A DNA stretch of 64,000 bases from Octopus vulgaris (lineage: Eukaryota), in the NCBI GenBank assembly GCA_951406725.2, contig OX597830.1:12028001-12092000 (forward strand). The letters run 5' to 3'. Of this stretch, positions 12,955 through 25,535 are shown one piece after another. The position numbers were made by a program, and so were the translations under genes. Position 1 is the stretch's first letter; every line of letters starts with the position of its first letter. The notes under the pieces were generated by a model. It worked only from the letters and a program-made list of their open reading frames with translations. It searched no databases and was not told where the DNA came from.

Positions 12955-13325
12955 TCTCTCTATATATAAACGGCAAAATATTTGTCTGTGTGTGTGTGTC
13001 CTTTATACAAATCCACAATTTTTCAGTTAGAGGGCTTGCACTTACTATGGTAATTCAAAACCGTCCAAGGGTGATCGTGCACATATTTACATTTCCCCAG
13101 TCACCCTGCAAAGCCATTAAAAAATCAATAGAAGTAACTTTTTTGTGGATTTTCTATCCAAAACCCAATCAAAATGCCTGAAACTTGATACGCCAATTGA
13201 AATGCCAGCTAGCTGTATGTGATTGGTCAGAGATTTGGACAGTACTCGTGTTTATGTGCTCACGCACGCAGCTGTATATGCATGCACTAGCACTATGACC
13301 CAGCGTTGCAGGGTCATAGTGCTAG
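12955..13325 (+). mobile_element. Non-autonomous Helitron (family H1), complete
   Basis: A|TC 5' end, 3' hairpin (gaccc..gggtc) and CTAG|T end, no TSD. Confidence 0.75.
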
Positions 13326-13534
13326 TGTAGTATGTATATTATGGTATATATTTTCACAAAATCACTTTCATTGTGATTATCGTTTACTTCCATGGTATTA
13401 TTTAAATTTCCCATATACAGCTATTTATTAACAATCATTTAAAACATGGAAATGCATAAAACAACTATTTAAAGACTTCAGTTAACATGTGACAAAGATA
13501 CCGAAACTAGTCTCATACCAATTTTCTGTTTTAT

Positions 13535-13778
13535 ACCTATTTCTTTACTACCCACAAGGGGCTAAACTAGGACAAACAGAGGGGACAAACTAGGACAGAC
13601 AAACGGATTAAGTCGATTACATCGACCCCAGTGCGTAACTGGTACTTAATTTATTGACCCCGAAAGGATGAAAGGCAAAGTCGACCTCGGCGGAATTTGA
13701 ACTCGGAACGTATTGACAGACGAAATACGACTACGCATTTTGTCCGGCGTGCTAACGTTTCTGCCAGCCCGCTGCCTT
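13535..13778 (-). mobile_element. SINE family D (Nin-domain-like core)
   Basis: Reverse complement ggcagcgggctggcagaaacgttagcacg...gaggtcgactttgcctttcatcctttcggggtcaataaattaagtaccag...gtagtaaagaaatag. Confidence 0.85.
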
Positions 13779-15245
13779 TCCATTTTATATCTATATGCAT
13801 TTCTTTGAAAAGGAAATTTGCATTATTTTTGTCACTATAACTTGTTAGGAAACAAATTATGATGTAAGTTAACATACATAGTTGCTGTGTTTACTGCACA
13901 ATACGAAATGCACATGGATTTCAGACATGCATGTAATGGAGTCATGGATATAAAGAACAGTGAACATGATATTGCATGATGTTGCTTGTTAGAAGTTTAA
14001 GTATTTTATGCAAATTGAAAATTTGAAACAACTCAGGAAATGTAGTTTGATCTAGGACCACATTATTCAATACAGTTTTCGTTACAGCCACATTTTAGTT
14101 CTTTTAGGTGTGCAAGCATGAATACATATGTATATATATGTATGTACATACTTATATATACATACGTATATACATATATGTGCATAAATATGTACATACA
14201 TATATATATAATAATAATGAAATTATTGTATACAGTGCTCAGGTGCACCACAACTTGTCAAAAAGTGCGTATAAAGCATATGCAGAAATGTACAAATGTC
14301 TGGTGATTTTATGCAGGTATATTCTATGTGAAAGAAAGAGCATTATGTGATTAAATGTTCGAGATATGAAATGTTACCTGGATGACCTTATATTTGTTTG
14401 TTCTGCAACCACAGTTTAATATATTTGTCTCATTTAATTGAGCACTTCTATAGCCGTACTATTAAACATTTTGTTCCTGATAAGAAACAATCATTTTATT
14501 ATCGATATGTATATATATACGTACATACATGTGTACACACACATACACATATAGTGGAAGTCAACTTGTGGCCAAGTTAGACCATTTTCTAAACTCAGTA
14601 AATTCCTGCACACGTTCTGAGAGTCCAAGAAGTTTCTGTGCATAAATTTGATATGAATGGATAAAGTGTTGCACAGCACTGCACCCTCTTTTCAACAGAG
14701 ATTGAAACGACCAGAAATTGAGTGCACTTCACATTTAGACATGCTTATCTTCTCGAAGGAAGTTCTAATGAGAACTGGGGGTCCTTCACTCCCTGTGGTT
14801 CACATGCTAGTTAACACATAGTTAGGACCTAAACAGGTGCTACTACTCCAGATCAGAGTAAACCTGGGAACAAAGGTGGCTAAGAGGCGGTTCCACACTC
14901 CTCAAAACCCCTGGAACTCTTGTATCAGAGTCCAACTACTGGATGCAGTTAGAAGTCATACTCAAGACATACATACAATTGCATGTATGCGCACCTGTGC
15001 ATGCACACACACACATACACACAGAGGAACTGTAAAACTTTGCAAAACTTTCCTGAAGTTTATCACTTAAGCATATATACATGAGAATATGCACATCATA
15101 AAACAAGACATGCAAATCTGCACATGCATTGACTCCAAGTACTGCACATATACACTCATACATGCAAAAATATACCCTCTTGATGTTGTTGAAATTTCAA
15201 CGAAGGAGCTTTGGATCTTGGTTAGAAAATGGTTCTTTCTCTAAT

Positions 15246-15468
15246 ACTCTTTACTCTTTTACTCTTTTACTTGTTTCAGTCATTTGACTGCGGCCATGCT
15301 GGAGCACTGCTTTTAGTCGAGCAAATCGACCCCGGGACTTATTCTTTGTAAGCCCAGTACTTATTCTATCGGTCTCTTTTGCCGAACTGATAAGTGACGG
15401 GGACGTAAACACACCAGCATCGGTTGTCAAGCAATGCTAGGGGGACAAACACAGACACACAAACATAT

Positions 15469-15519
<51 letters not shown>

Positions 15520-15685
15520 TATGACAGGCTTCTTTCAGTTTCCATCTACCAAATCCACTCACAAGGCATTGGTCAGCCCGGGGCTATAGCAGAAGACACT
15601 TGCCCAAGATGCCACGCAGTGGGACTGAACCCAGAACCATGTGGTTGGTTAGCAAGCTACTTACCACACAGCCACTCCTGCGCCT
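15246..15685 (-). mobile_element. SINE family A, full length
   Basis: Complete head (aggcgcaggagtggc) to (aaaagagt)n tail; inserted into a short repeat also seen intact at ~25570-25660. Confidence 0.92.
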
Positions 15686-15945
15686 ATGGCAAGAAATCTT
15701 GAAATAAAACTGAACAATGACATAAATATGTTGCACCCTATCTCCTCATTTATGCAAAAGTTGTTAACAACTAGAATCTTCATGATTGCTCCAAATGCTT
15801 GGTGTCATCATCACTGAGTATCTTTCCGGGCAAACATATATCCTTAACATTGTTAAGATTGCATCTCAATGACTAACCCTTCTCACAAGAGCTAAACAAT
15901 ACTTCCACCCCCACCCCCAACAAACTCTCTACAAAGGTCAGATGG

Positions 15946-16372
15946 GGGATCTTTCGGTTTGAACGGCAGTTTTTAACATGATTTCTAGGTAACTAAAAAA
16001 GTTTTAAACTTCGTATACTGGTATAATGTGTTTATAAAACGTCTTTTTCTCTTGGCTTTATTGAAAAAATTCTATAATTTGTAAGATATTTGTTGTTTTT
16101 TTTTCTTCAATTTTTGCAATTTCAACCAATCACTGACGTCTATTGAGGTAAAAAAACATTCTATGCCGTATGAATATGTCCCTCGTTTAAGAAACAGATA
16201 GGGTTTATTTACATTTGTGAAGAAAAAATGATACCCTTCCCCCCACCCCTAAAACTAACCCTAACCCTAAAACAGATTGAAATGCAATAGATCGATACTA
16301 GGGTCATAATTATGGGTGTCAATTTCATATGACACCGCTAGAAAAAACTGCCGTTCAAACCGAAGGGATCCC
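15946..16372. mobile_element. MITE with ~28-bp TIRs and an internal CCCTAA tract
   Basis: gggatctttcggtttgaacggcagttttt ... aaaaactgccgttcaaaccgaagggatccc; flanking (c)agatg duplication. Confidence 0.85.
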
Positions 16373-16839
16373 AGATGAGACCCACAATAGTTTACTTGCT
16401 ATCACCTCTAGGACAGTGCCGTTGTCATACCCACTGACATCTTGGTACACATTTAGAGAAAGGCTGCTTGACTGATTAGCATAAAATCATTTGCAGACAT
16501 GGTTCTTGAAAAAGAGACTGACCCAACTTGTTTCAGCATATATTAATGCTTTATCAGTTATCTGTTACACATTCCTTTTTACCAAGTGAATATTATGTTA
16601 TAACTATTTATAGTATATGCAAGGTCAGATATTATTAACTCAGTCTCCCTACTTTGTGTAACAGTGCAGGTATTGGTAACACGAAAGAGTGAATTGGTTA
16701 GCAGAAGCAGCACATAGTGATGGAATGAAAAAGCCTGTAATTTGCTGATATAAAAATAAAACCTGTTACTATTGTCATACCATTTTGTCACTTCTGTATT
16801 GCAAGTCATCACTCCTACTCCTCTGTATTATTCCCAGTC

Positions 16840-16963
16840 AGCATGGTTCTGGGTTCAGTCCCACTGCGTGGCACCTTGGGCAAGTGTCTTCTACTATAGC
16901 CTTGGACCGACCAAAGCCTTGTGAGTGGATTTGGTAGACGGAAACTGAAAGAAGCCCGTCGTA

Positions 16964-17006
<43 letters not shown>

Positions 17007-17201
17007 TTGTGTTTGTCCCCCCCAACATCACTTGACAACCAATGATGGTGTGTTTACGTCCCCGCAACTTAGCGGTTCGGTAAAATAAACCGATAGAATA
17101 AGTACTGGGCTTACAAAGAATAAGTCATGGGGTCGATTTCCTCGACTAAAGGCGGTGCTCCAGCATGGCCACAGTCAAATGACTGAAACAAGTAAAAGAG
17201 T
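16840..17201 (+). mobile_element. SINE family A, 5' truncated
   Basis: catggttctgggttcagtcccac...gactgaaacaagtaaaagagt. Confidence 0.9.
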
Positions 17202-17221
17202 ATATATATATATATATATAT

Positions 17222-17309
<88 letters not shown>

Positions 17310-18198
17310 TAAGAACAAACTTACTTATTCTCATCATCCCTCACTCATATTTACCCCCTGCCATTCATCATTCCCTATATACATCTGACCCCTTCCACAC
17401 CATGTTTATATCTACCTCACTATCCTCCCACACTTTAACAACCTTACTCACCATTCTCCCTGATTCTATTGTAACCACACTCTCTTCTATTCATTCTCAG
17501 TGTAGGTTCGAGCCCCATTCCTGCAGCCTCCCTCATTAACCCATGTAAAATACAGGGTAGCTATGACTCTCCTCCACATACTGTAAATCTGTTTCTACTT
17601 CCCTATTATACTTTAGCCCCTAACACCTTGCTTGTAGGGATCACCCTATCTCCTACCCTTTTTGCTCTTGAGAGTTACTGGGTGACCTTATTAGTGCTGA
17701 TACTAAAAAAAAAAAAAACACCCATTACACTGTCTGAAATCGTTACCATTGGGAAGGGCAACCAGTCATAGAAATCATCCTTCTGAAGCAAGATGGGGAC
17801 CTTTTACCTATTGGGTCTTTTCAAAATGACCAAACTATCCTCACATGAAAAGTGGATGAAAGTGAGTGATATACATATCATCATCATCATTTAACATCCG
17901 TTTTCCATGCTGGCATGGGTTGGATGGTACATATATATATAAATATAATAATTATTATTTGAGGGAATAAAATCCAAACTTACGAGGAAAAAAATTCAAT
18001 TTAGAAATACTAAATCAAATTTCACACAATATAATATATATATATAAAAATTAGAAAAAAACCCACCCTTTATCAATTCAAAATTAGCAATTAAATTACA
18101 CCATCTAGAAAATTACATATGATAGAAAAATTAAAATTAAAAAAAACAATAAAATGTAGAGAGAAAGTAAATTGCAAATAATAATAATAATAATAACG

Positions 18199-18229
<31 letters not shown>

Positions 18230-18319
18230 ACAAAATCTGTTTTATTTATTTATTTGTTATTATATGATGGAACGCATGCATCCATTTCTAAGTAAGTTTG
18301 TTCTTAATATAAATATATA

Positions 18320-18716
18320 TACTCTTTTACTTGTTTCAGTCATTTGACTGCAGCCATGCTGGAGCACTGCCTTTAGTCGAGGAAATAGACCCCATGACTT
18401 ATTCTTTGTAAGCCTAGTACTTATTCTATCGGTCTATTTTACTGAACCGCTAAGTTACGGGGACGTAAACACACCAGCATCGGTTGTCAAGCAATGTTGG
18501 GGGGGACGAATACAAACACACAAACACATACATATATACATATACATATATATGACGGGCTTCTTTCAGTTTCCGTCTACCAAATCCACTCACAAGGCTT
18601 TGGTCGGCCCGAGGCTATAGTAGAAGACACTTGCCCAAGGTGCCATGCAGTGGGACTGAACCCGGAACCATGTGGCTGGTAAACAAGCTACTTACCACAC
18701 AGCCACTCCTGCGCCT
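18320..18716 (-). mobile_element. SINE family A, full length
   Basis: actcttttacttgtttcagtc...gccactcctgcgcct. Confidence 0.92.
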
Positions 18717-18876
18717 ATAATTATTGATGTAGTGTCTCTTTTCGGCATATTTTGGCATTAGAAATTTTTTCTTTTGCCCTTACTTATAAATTGTTTATAA
18801 ATTTAACCTTTAAAGGTATTTTTTTTAATACGCTGGCCATTGATAGAATTTTTTTCGAAAAATTCTATCCTATATT

Positions 18877-18911
<35 letters not shown>

Positions 18912-19464
18912 TAGATATATAGATAGACAGACAGACAGGCAGACAGACAGACAGACAGATAGATAGATAAATAGACAGACAGACAGACAATTTTATTGTA
19001 GTAGTGAGGCTACTGTTTCATGTTTACTGTTATTCACATAACTAATTTACAATAGACAGGATAAAAAATTTTATAGCTTAATGTATTTATAGCTGATCAA
19101 TTATTGGTTTAAGATATAAATCAACTTATAGAATATTAAGCAAATGAAAAACAATTGAAAAAGGGTAACCTCTAGGCTGAGGGTGTCTGATGAGAGTGCA
19201 TTAGCATGTATATATGGGAAAAGACGTGTGCGATTGACATCACAGGCTATTTACATGTCAAATGTATGCACATCCGCATTTACGTATCTGTTGGCTGCAG
19301 AAGTGAAACAATGTAACTCAGTCAAGTGTATGCTGTGTACGAATTTGTGCTGCTGGTGTGTATGTTTTACGTCAGCGTCAGCTTTGGAGAATATACACAC
19401 ATACTCAAGCAAAACACACACACACGCACACACACACACAGCCATCCACATGTACACATGGGAT

Positions 19465-19610
19465 CACCGCCCCCCCCCTTGCCGGAGCCTCGTGGAGCTT
19501 TTTGGTGTTTTCGCTCAATATACACTCACAACACCCGGTCTGGGAATTGAAACCGCAATCCTACGACCGCAAGTCCGCTGCCTTTACCACTGGGCCATTG
19601 CGCCTCCACA
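19465..19610 (-). mobile_element. SINE family C, 5' part
   Basis: ccggagcctcgtggagc...tgggccattgcgcctccac. Confidence 0.75.
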
Positions 19611-19615
19611 TCATA

Positions 19616-19651
<36 letters not shown>

Positions 19652-20375
19652 TGTATGTATGTATGTATGTTTGTATGCATATGATGGCTGCCCCCTCGTT
19701 ATCGAGTAGGGCCATTGCACAAAGCTTAACTGTTATTGGTGCTGAGATCGAATGTGACTTTTATTTGCTTTTTAAGGCTATAGCCGGCCATTCAGTTGAG
19801 ACTCACAGCACCATCAACAATCATGAACTATGTTGTTATCGTGCAATGCCTGTGCAAGAAGATTTATTTTAAAAGTGAGGAAAGGCTGTGCACTGAGTCA
19901 ATCCCACTCACTAAGCAACAGCAGCCATAATCCGAAAAGAAGAACAAGTCAACATCATCGGTAACCAATAAATGTGTTTTTATTTTTCTTCTTAAGGCTT
20001 AAGGCTGTATCATGTGCAGGGACATAGAAATAATCGGACTGAATACCCGATTGTGCGGTTAAACCATATATGCATATATACACATATATACATACATATA
20101 TTTGTATATATATACATATATGGGCACAGGACACTACGGAAGGTAAACAACATAAAATAAACATAAAAATACCAAAACAACATGTAATACGAAAACATGG
20201 AATACAAACCTTTTTTTGCAAACAACGAAAAAAACAAACGGAAAACAAAACATGCAACACTGGGGAAGGCCGGCTTATGGGGGTATATTTATATTGAGTT
20301 TTCAGATAAGTCTGTTTGTTCCCTCACCCCACCACCATTTACTTTAATCCTTAATGTTTCATCAACTGCATTTAA

Positions 20376-20595
20376 CCCTTTCGTTGCAAACCCGGCCGAA
20401 ACTGCCTCTGGCTCTGAGTACAAATGTCTTGTTTTCATAAGTTTTGAATTAAAATCTTCCACCAAACCTTAGTCAAAATTTATGTTCCTAACACTAGCTG
20501 AATGATAACTAAGTTATTTTACTAAATTCTTTGTTATATTTAAAGTAATTGAAAGAAACACAGAACATCTCAAAGTAAATACGGTAACGAAAGGG
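20376..20595. mobile_element. piggyBac-type MITE
   Basis: TTAA|CCCTTTCGTT ... AACGAAAGGG|TTAA: TIRs with TTAA TSD. Confidence 0.88.
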
Positions 20596-20744
20596 TTAAA
20601 AAATCAGTCAATAATATATTCTTGTTTATTGTTTACCACTTCTTGCCACAGTTCCACTTGCTTGAAAATGCTTTATGCAAAGTTTGACCACCTCTTGTAC
20701 CTACACCTTAGATTTATCTGATGTGGCTTCTTAAACCAGACAAT

Positions 20745-20838
20745 ATTTTGAAAAGACCCCCCACATAGATTGCATATTTTGAAAAGACCCTCACATAGAT
20801 TGCATGTTTTGGAAAGATCCCCCACATAGATTGCATAT
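20745..20838. repeat. ~31-bp tandem repeat x3
   Basis: ttttgaaaagacccc(c)acatagattgcat repeated three times. Confidence 0.85.
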
Positions 20839-20999
20839 CTGATTTGGACCACCAAGAGCTGCAGTTAAGGAGATCATAAGTAATTAGCCATAAACTCTTC
20901 AGTTATGGCCTGGATGACAATGATAAGCAGGAGGGGACTGAGAATGGAACCACACGTAAATTCCTATCTGCACACGAAATTCGATGTGGCATTCATTAC

Positions 21000-21990
21000 C
21001 AACTCTCACCTTACTGACAGCACTCCTGTACATGGCTTAGACAGCTTTCTCCAGCTGATCATCTACCACTAGCTTCTGCAACAGCCACCAGATGAGGGCG
21101 GAAGGGACCCTGTCAAAGGTTTTCACCATGTTGGCAAATGCCAAGTACAACAGTTTATTTTTGGCTGAATACTCCTTAAGCAGTTGTCTTACTAGACAGA
21201 GAGCATCAGTAGTGGTTCTCTTTGTTTCAAAACAAAGCTGTATTTCACCTGATCTAACTCCCTTCCTAATCAGTTGAGCTATAACCCTTTCAGTAACTTT
21301 CGTGACCTGGCCCAGCAATTTGAACCTCTGTAATTACTTCTCACTGAGGCATTTCCTTAAGCTTAAAACAGCTGACTGTAATGTTGCTACATCAGTCAAT
21401 GGGAATGGTACATTCCTGTAGAATCTGATTTACTAAACAGGTGACTAGGCTGTATCCCACTCTACCACATATTTTAAGTATCTCTGTGGCAATACTTGAC
21501 AGGATAATGAGCCTTTTCTCTCTTCATATCCTTAATTGCTTTATCTACCATACATCTGTCACTAGGATAGCTGTTCCCTCTACTGGGCCCACAAAGAGGA
21601 GACTTCCTTTCTCTCATTCATTCTCTACATTTAATAACCTTTCATAGTAGTACTTCATGCTGTTTTCTTTTCAGAGTCCCTAAGTGCAAGCAGACCCTTA
21701 TCCATCCATACACACTTCTCTCCCACAACATCTGATACACTGTCCAGCAATCTGAAACACCTCAAGTCAGCTCTCCCTTTTGGTTTCACATTAAGAAAAC
21801 ACTCCTTCTCCCATGCACTCTCCACATTTAATAGCTTTTTGTAGTAGAACTACTCTGCCTCTTTCTTTTCAGAATCCCAGCAGTGCTTCTCTCCTACAAT
21901 GCCCTTATTTTCTCTGGTACACTGTCTTGCAATCCAGAATATCCCATGCCTCTGGTCCTCATGTCATAGAACATTCTCCCTTATTGCATA
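21000..21990 (-). pseudogene. RTE-clade LINE reverse transcriptase fragment
   Basis: KVTERVI..LIR...RTTTDALCLVRQLLKEY..KNKLLYLAFANMVKTFDRVP matches RTE RT motifs (STTDAIF.VRQL..AFVDLEKAFDRVP). Confidence 0.8.
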
Positions 21991-22209
21991 GACACACCAC
22001 TGCCCTATTACTGCTATCTACACAGAAGTAGGTAGCAGTAATGGGGTTCTTTACCTGTGAGGAGTCCAGTTGAGGCTTTGCCCCCAGCTTACCTCTTACT
22101 CACACCTGCCTGCTTCCAATAAAGCATTTCAATTATCTCACTGGGCTTACCTTTCATTTTACCAACACTGATTACGGCTAACTTTAAAATTGAGGGTTAA
22201 TTGGGGGAC

Positions 22210-22470
22210 AGTTTCCAGAATTAAATGAATCCCTGTCTTAAGAATAAATGCAACTATGCCTCTCCTGGTCTTGATGGTGTTACATACCTACTTCTCAAAT
22301 GCGGTGGGTACTTTCTTCTAAACCAACTTTCACTATTCTTTCAATTCTGTCTTGACAATGGTGTTACTCCAGAACAGTGGAAAACTGCCAGTGTTATCCC
22401 TCTGTTCAAAAAAGGTGACCGCACATCGCCTGTCAACTATCGCCCCGTTCGTCTTACTAGTTGCATCCAG
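22210..22470 (+). pseudogene. CR1/L2/Jockey-type LINE RT N-terminal fragment
   Basis: SPGLDGVTYLLLK...PEQWKTASVIPLFKKGDRTSPVNYRPVRLTSC (SPGxDG and WK..VIP.FKKG..NYRP.SLTS motifs). Confidence 0.85.
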
Positions 22471-23922
22471 CTGTTTGATTTTAAATTTTAGAGTAAGTGG
22501 CTGAGTATTCCACGTATCCTTAACGTAATCCTCAGAATAATTAGCATGACAGTATGTATAACAAGGTTTGTACCTTTGAATTACAGATGATATGGCTAAT
22601 CGGATTGGCTTCAACAGTTTCTGTTTCCACACTTTCCCTCAAAACACTCGAGTTAAATGGGAGCTGTAACACAACACACTTACTCAACATACCATACTGT
22701 AGGATTATTCCAGTTACCTCATGGTTATGAAGTGAACTCTTTAACCAAGTGGCTAGGTTACTCCCACACACACATGCACATATGCTCCCTGCCCCTGCTC
22801 ATTAATTCACTTTTATGTCCACGTTTTTCAATGTTGATATGGATTGGATGAATCTTCTTAAAGTGGTATTCTACAGCCAAATGCCCCTTACTATGCTAAC
22901 CCTTATTTGTTTATCTACGATATAAGCATCACCATTGCTGGCAACAAAAGTCTTTTTAATCAGTGGGATGGACAGATTGTATTAGAGCTTTGTTACTGCA
23001 TACTGATGAGACATGAGCCTTGAATGTAGAGGATTTGAGAAGATTGAAAAGAAATGATGCTAGTGTACTCTGCAGGATGTGCAGTGTAAGTGTGCTTCCT
23101 GCAGAGTACACTAGCAAAGTAGAAATGTAAAGTAGAAAGAAAACTGAACCTAAGTGGAGTCAGATGTTGGGTGCAAGAAAGAAGACTACACTGGTATGGA
23201 CATGTGATGTACATAGATGAAGACAACTGTATGAAGTGCCACTCACCTCATGTAGATAGAGCTTGTTGAAAACAGCAATCCAGGAAGACATGAGATTTGT
23301 CTAAAGTTCATTTCAGGACTTGAAACTCATAGAGGAAATGACAAAGAACCAGTGTAACTGGCAATATGCAGTTCCTGAGAAAACCTTCCTGCCTCAGTCA
23401 AACTAAGATTCTGTAAGCACACTGTTCATATACATAGACATATTTGTTCTGTTCTCAGTCGAGAGACACCTGTTGTTATTTTCTTGTTTGTATTTGTAAT
23501 TGTGTACCATGTTCTCTGTATTTTGTTTTTGTTGCTCTACACATTCACTAGCTTTCTTACAAAAAAAATCTAATGGTCTTAATTTAGACTTTTTGGGGGC
23601 AACCAGATCGAACTGTCTCAAGTGTAAATGCCCAAAACAGTAAGGACTTCTGGTAACTTGACTGAGGAAAGAAGGCCACGAATGACCTGTCTTTTTTTGC
23701 CTGTCCTTCTTATCATTGTATTTCTTGTTTGCTTTTGTATTGTCTATGTGTCCAAATGTTTTATTGTCGTCTATTGTGTTTTTGTTCCATTTTATATCTA
23801 TATGTATATATGTATATATATATATATATATATAATTGAGATTTAGATGAATTAGGTACTTTAGTTGAGGCACCAAAAATTAGTGTGGTATTATCCATAC
23901 AATTTCAAAATAAGGTGAATAA

Positions 23923-24007
23923 AATCAAACTAAGCAACAGGATATCCAGAGGTGATGCTTGAAACGGTCGTACTGCATCACCTCTGGATATCCTGTTGCT
24001 TATTTTG

Positions 24008-24010
<3 letters not shown>
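23923..24010. repeat. 36-bp near-perfect inverted repeat with a 16-nt loop
   Basis: aatcaaactaagcaacaggatatccagaggtgatgc / gcatcacctctggatatcctgttgcttattttgatt. Confidence 0.92.
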
Positions 24011-24038
<28 letters not shown>

Positions 24039-24135
24039 CGGGAAGCTTTATGAAAATAAACAAAAGACGAAGGCAGGTGGAAAACAAACGAACAATTGTA
24101 TTAGTATGGCGCTCAGGAAATATAAATAAAACAAG

Positions 24136-24173
24136 TCTTTAACGTTTCGAGCCTACGCTCTTCAACAGAAAGA
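24136..24173 (-). ncRNA. Minimal hammerhead-like motif (PLE type), A6U core variant
   Basis: - strand ucuuu CUGUUGA a gagc guag gcuc GAA ACGU U aaaga: stem I 5 bp, stem II 4 bp, palindromic stem III ACGU. Confidence 0.55.
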
Positions 24174-24250
24174 TACACAGAGAGAGAAAAACACAGTATG
24201 TATGTATGTATGAATGTATATATATATATATATATATGTGTGTATGTATG

Positions 24251-24281
<31 letters not shown>

Positions 24282-24294
24282 GTGTGTATGTATG

Positions 24295-24353
<59 letters not shown>

Positions 24354-24359
24354 GTATGA

Positions 24360-24436
<77 letters not shown>

Positions 24437-24689
24437 GCATTCCAGAATGTTCGAAATATTTTTAGGAGAGATAGCTATAATCATCCTTGCTTATTGTGAT
24501 TTTAGTATATCATTAAAATGCATCTAATAAGCTGGCCTGTCAAATTTTGTTATTCCAGATTGAAGATGATTGCAACAGCACTTTGAATATGCCCTTACTA
24601 AACTCTAATTGTCACAACTGATTAGTTTACAGAATGCAGTCAGAATGTAAAGACATATTGGAAGCTGACTCTGCAATAAAGGTTTGTGG

Positions 24690-25270
24690 CAAAAACTGGG
24701 CAAAAATGCTACAGAAATTTATGAAAGGCTCCAGCCTGGTTATGGCTTAACTTGTATGAGCTGAGCATCAATTTTCCCAAGCGCTAAAGGCTAGACGAAG
24801 CATGTCCGCCAGCAAGCCCATAATGACCCCTTTATTTGACAGCAAGTGTATCATCTACACCCATTAGGTTCTCTATGGCCAGATGGTAAAAAGAAAAAAG
24901 TACTTTGTGGAGGTTTTGTGGGAGGAGACATTTGGTCACAAAAGGCTAGAACTCTTCCACTCAGGTCAAACACTTTCACCAGTCTACAGTTCCATCCTAG
25001 TATCCAAATTCTTTTCAGAGATGGGCATCAAAGCTATCCCTCACCATCCCTACATCCCAGACCTTACTCCCTGTGTCTTTTTGGTTGAAGTTGAAAAAGA
25101 AGATGAAGAAGGCTGTGACAAGGGTCTTGGATATCTTTATGAGGACTTCTGTGGGCCTTCATGAAATGGCTGCAGTGTTGCAACTATTTTGAAAGAAAGT
25201 AGAGTTTTGTACTTTTTAGAAGTTAATAAATGTCTCTCCTGGAAAAGTTTCAAAACTTCTGAAATGCACC
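24690..25270 (+). pseudogene. Decayed mariner transposase
   Basis: IPHHPYIPDLTPCVF resembles the mariner HPPYSPDLAPCDF motif. Confidence 0.6.
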
Positions 25271-25295
25271 TTCAATATGCATACATGCATACATA

Positions 25296-25535
25296 CATGA
25301 TGGCTGCCCCTTTTTATCAAGTATGGCCATTGCACAAAGCTTAACTGTTACTGGTGCTGTGATCGAATGTGACTTTTTAGCCCAGCTAAAGATCTACAAT
25401 GTCTTGTACAGAATTGGCAACTAAAACCTTTACTGGTAATAGCCGGCTGTAGTTGTAACTGGGCTTCATGTACCTTTGCATGTCGTTTAAGTCCTCCTGC
25501 CGAATTACACTCTCTACCACATGCCCAACAGATAT
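25296..25535 (-). pseudogene. LINE ORF2 C-terminus with C2H2-like fingers plus 3' tail
   Basis: HICWACGRECNSAGGLKRHAKVH...FSCQFCTRHCRSLAGLKSHIRSQH followed by a ggcagccatc tail; the same tail occurs at ~19680-19790. Confidence 0.65.

Noticed and set aside
13486-13518. GAAACTAGTC hammerhead half-site
   Set aside because: No CUGANGA box upstream.
15424-15702. Recurring ORFs ending [20 protein letters not shown] or [19 protein letters not shown]
   Set aside because: Antisense translations of SINE A.
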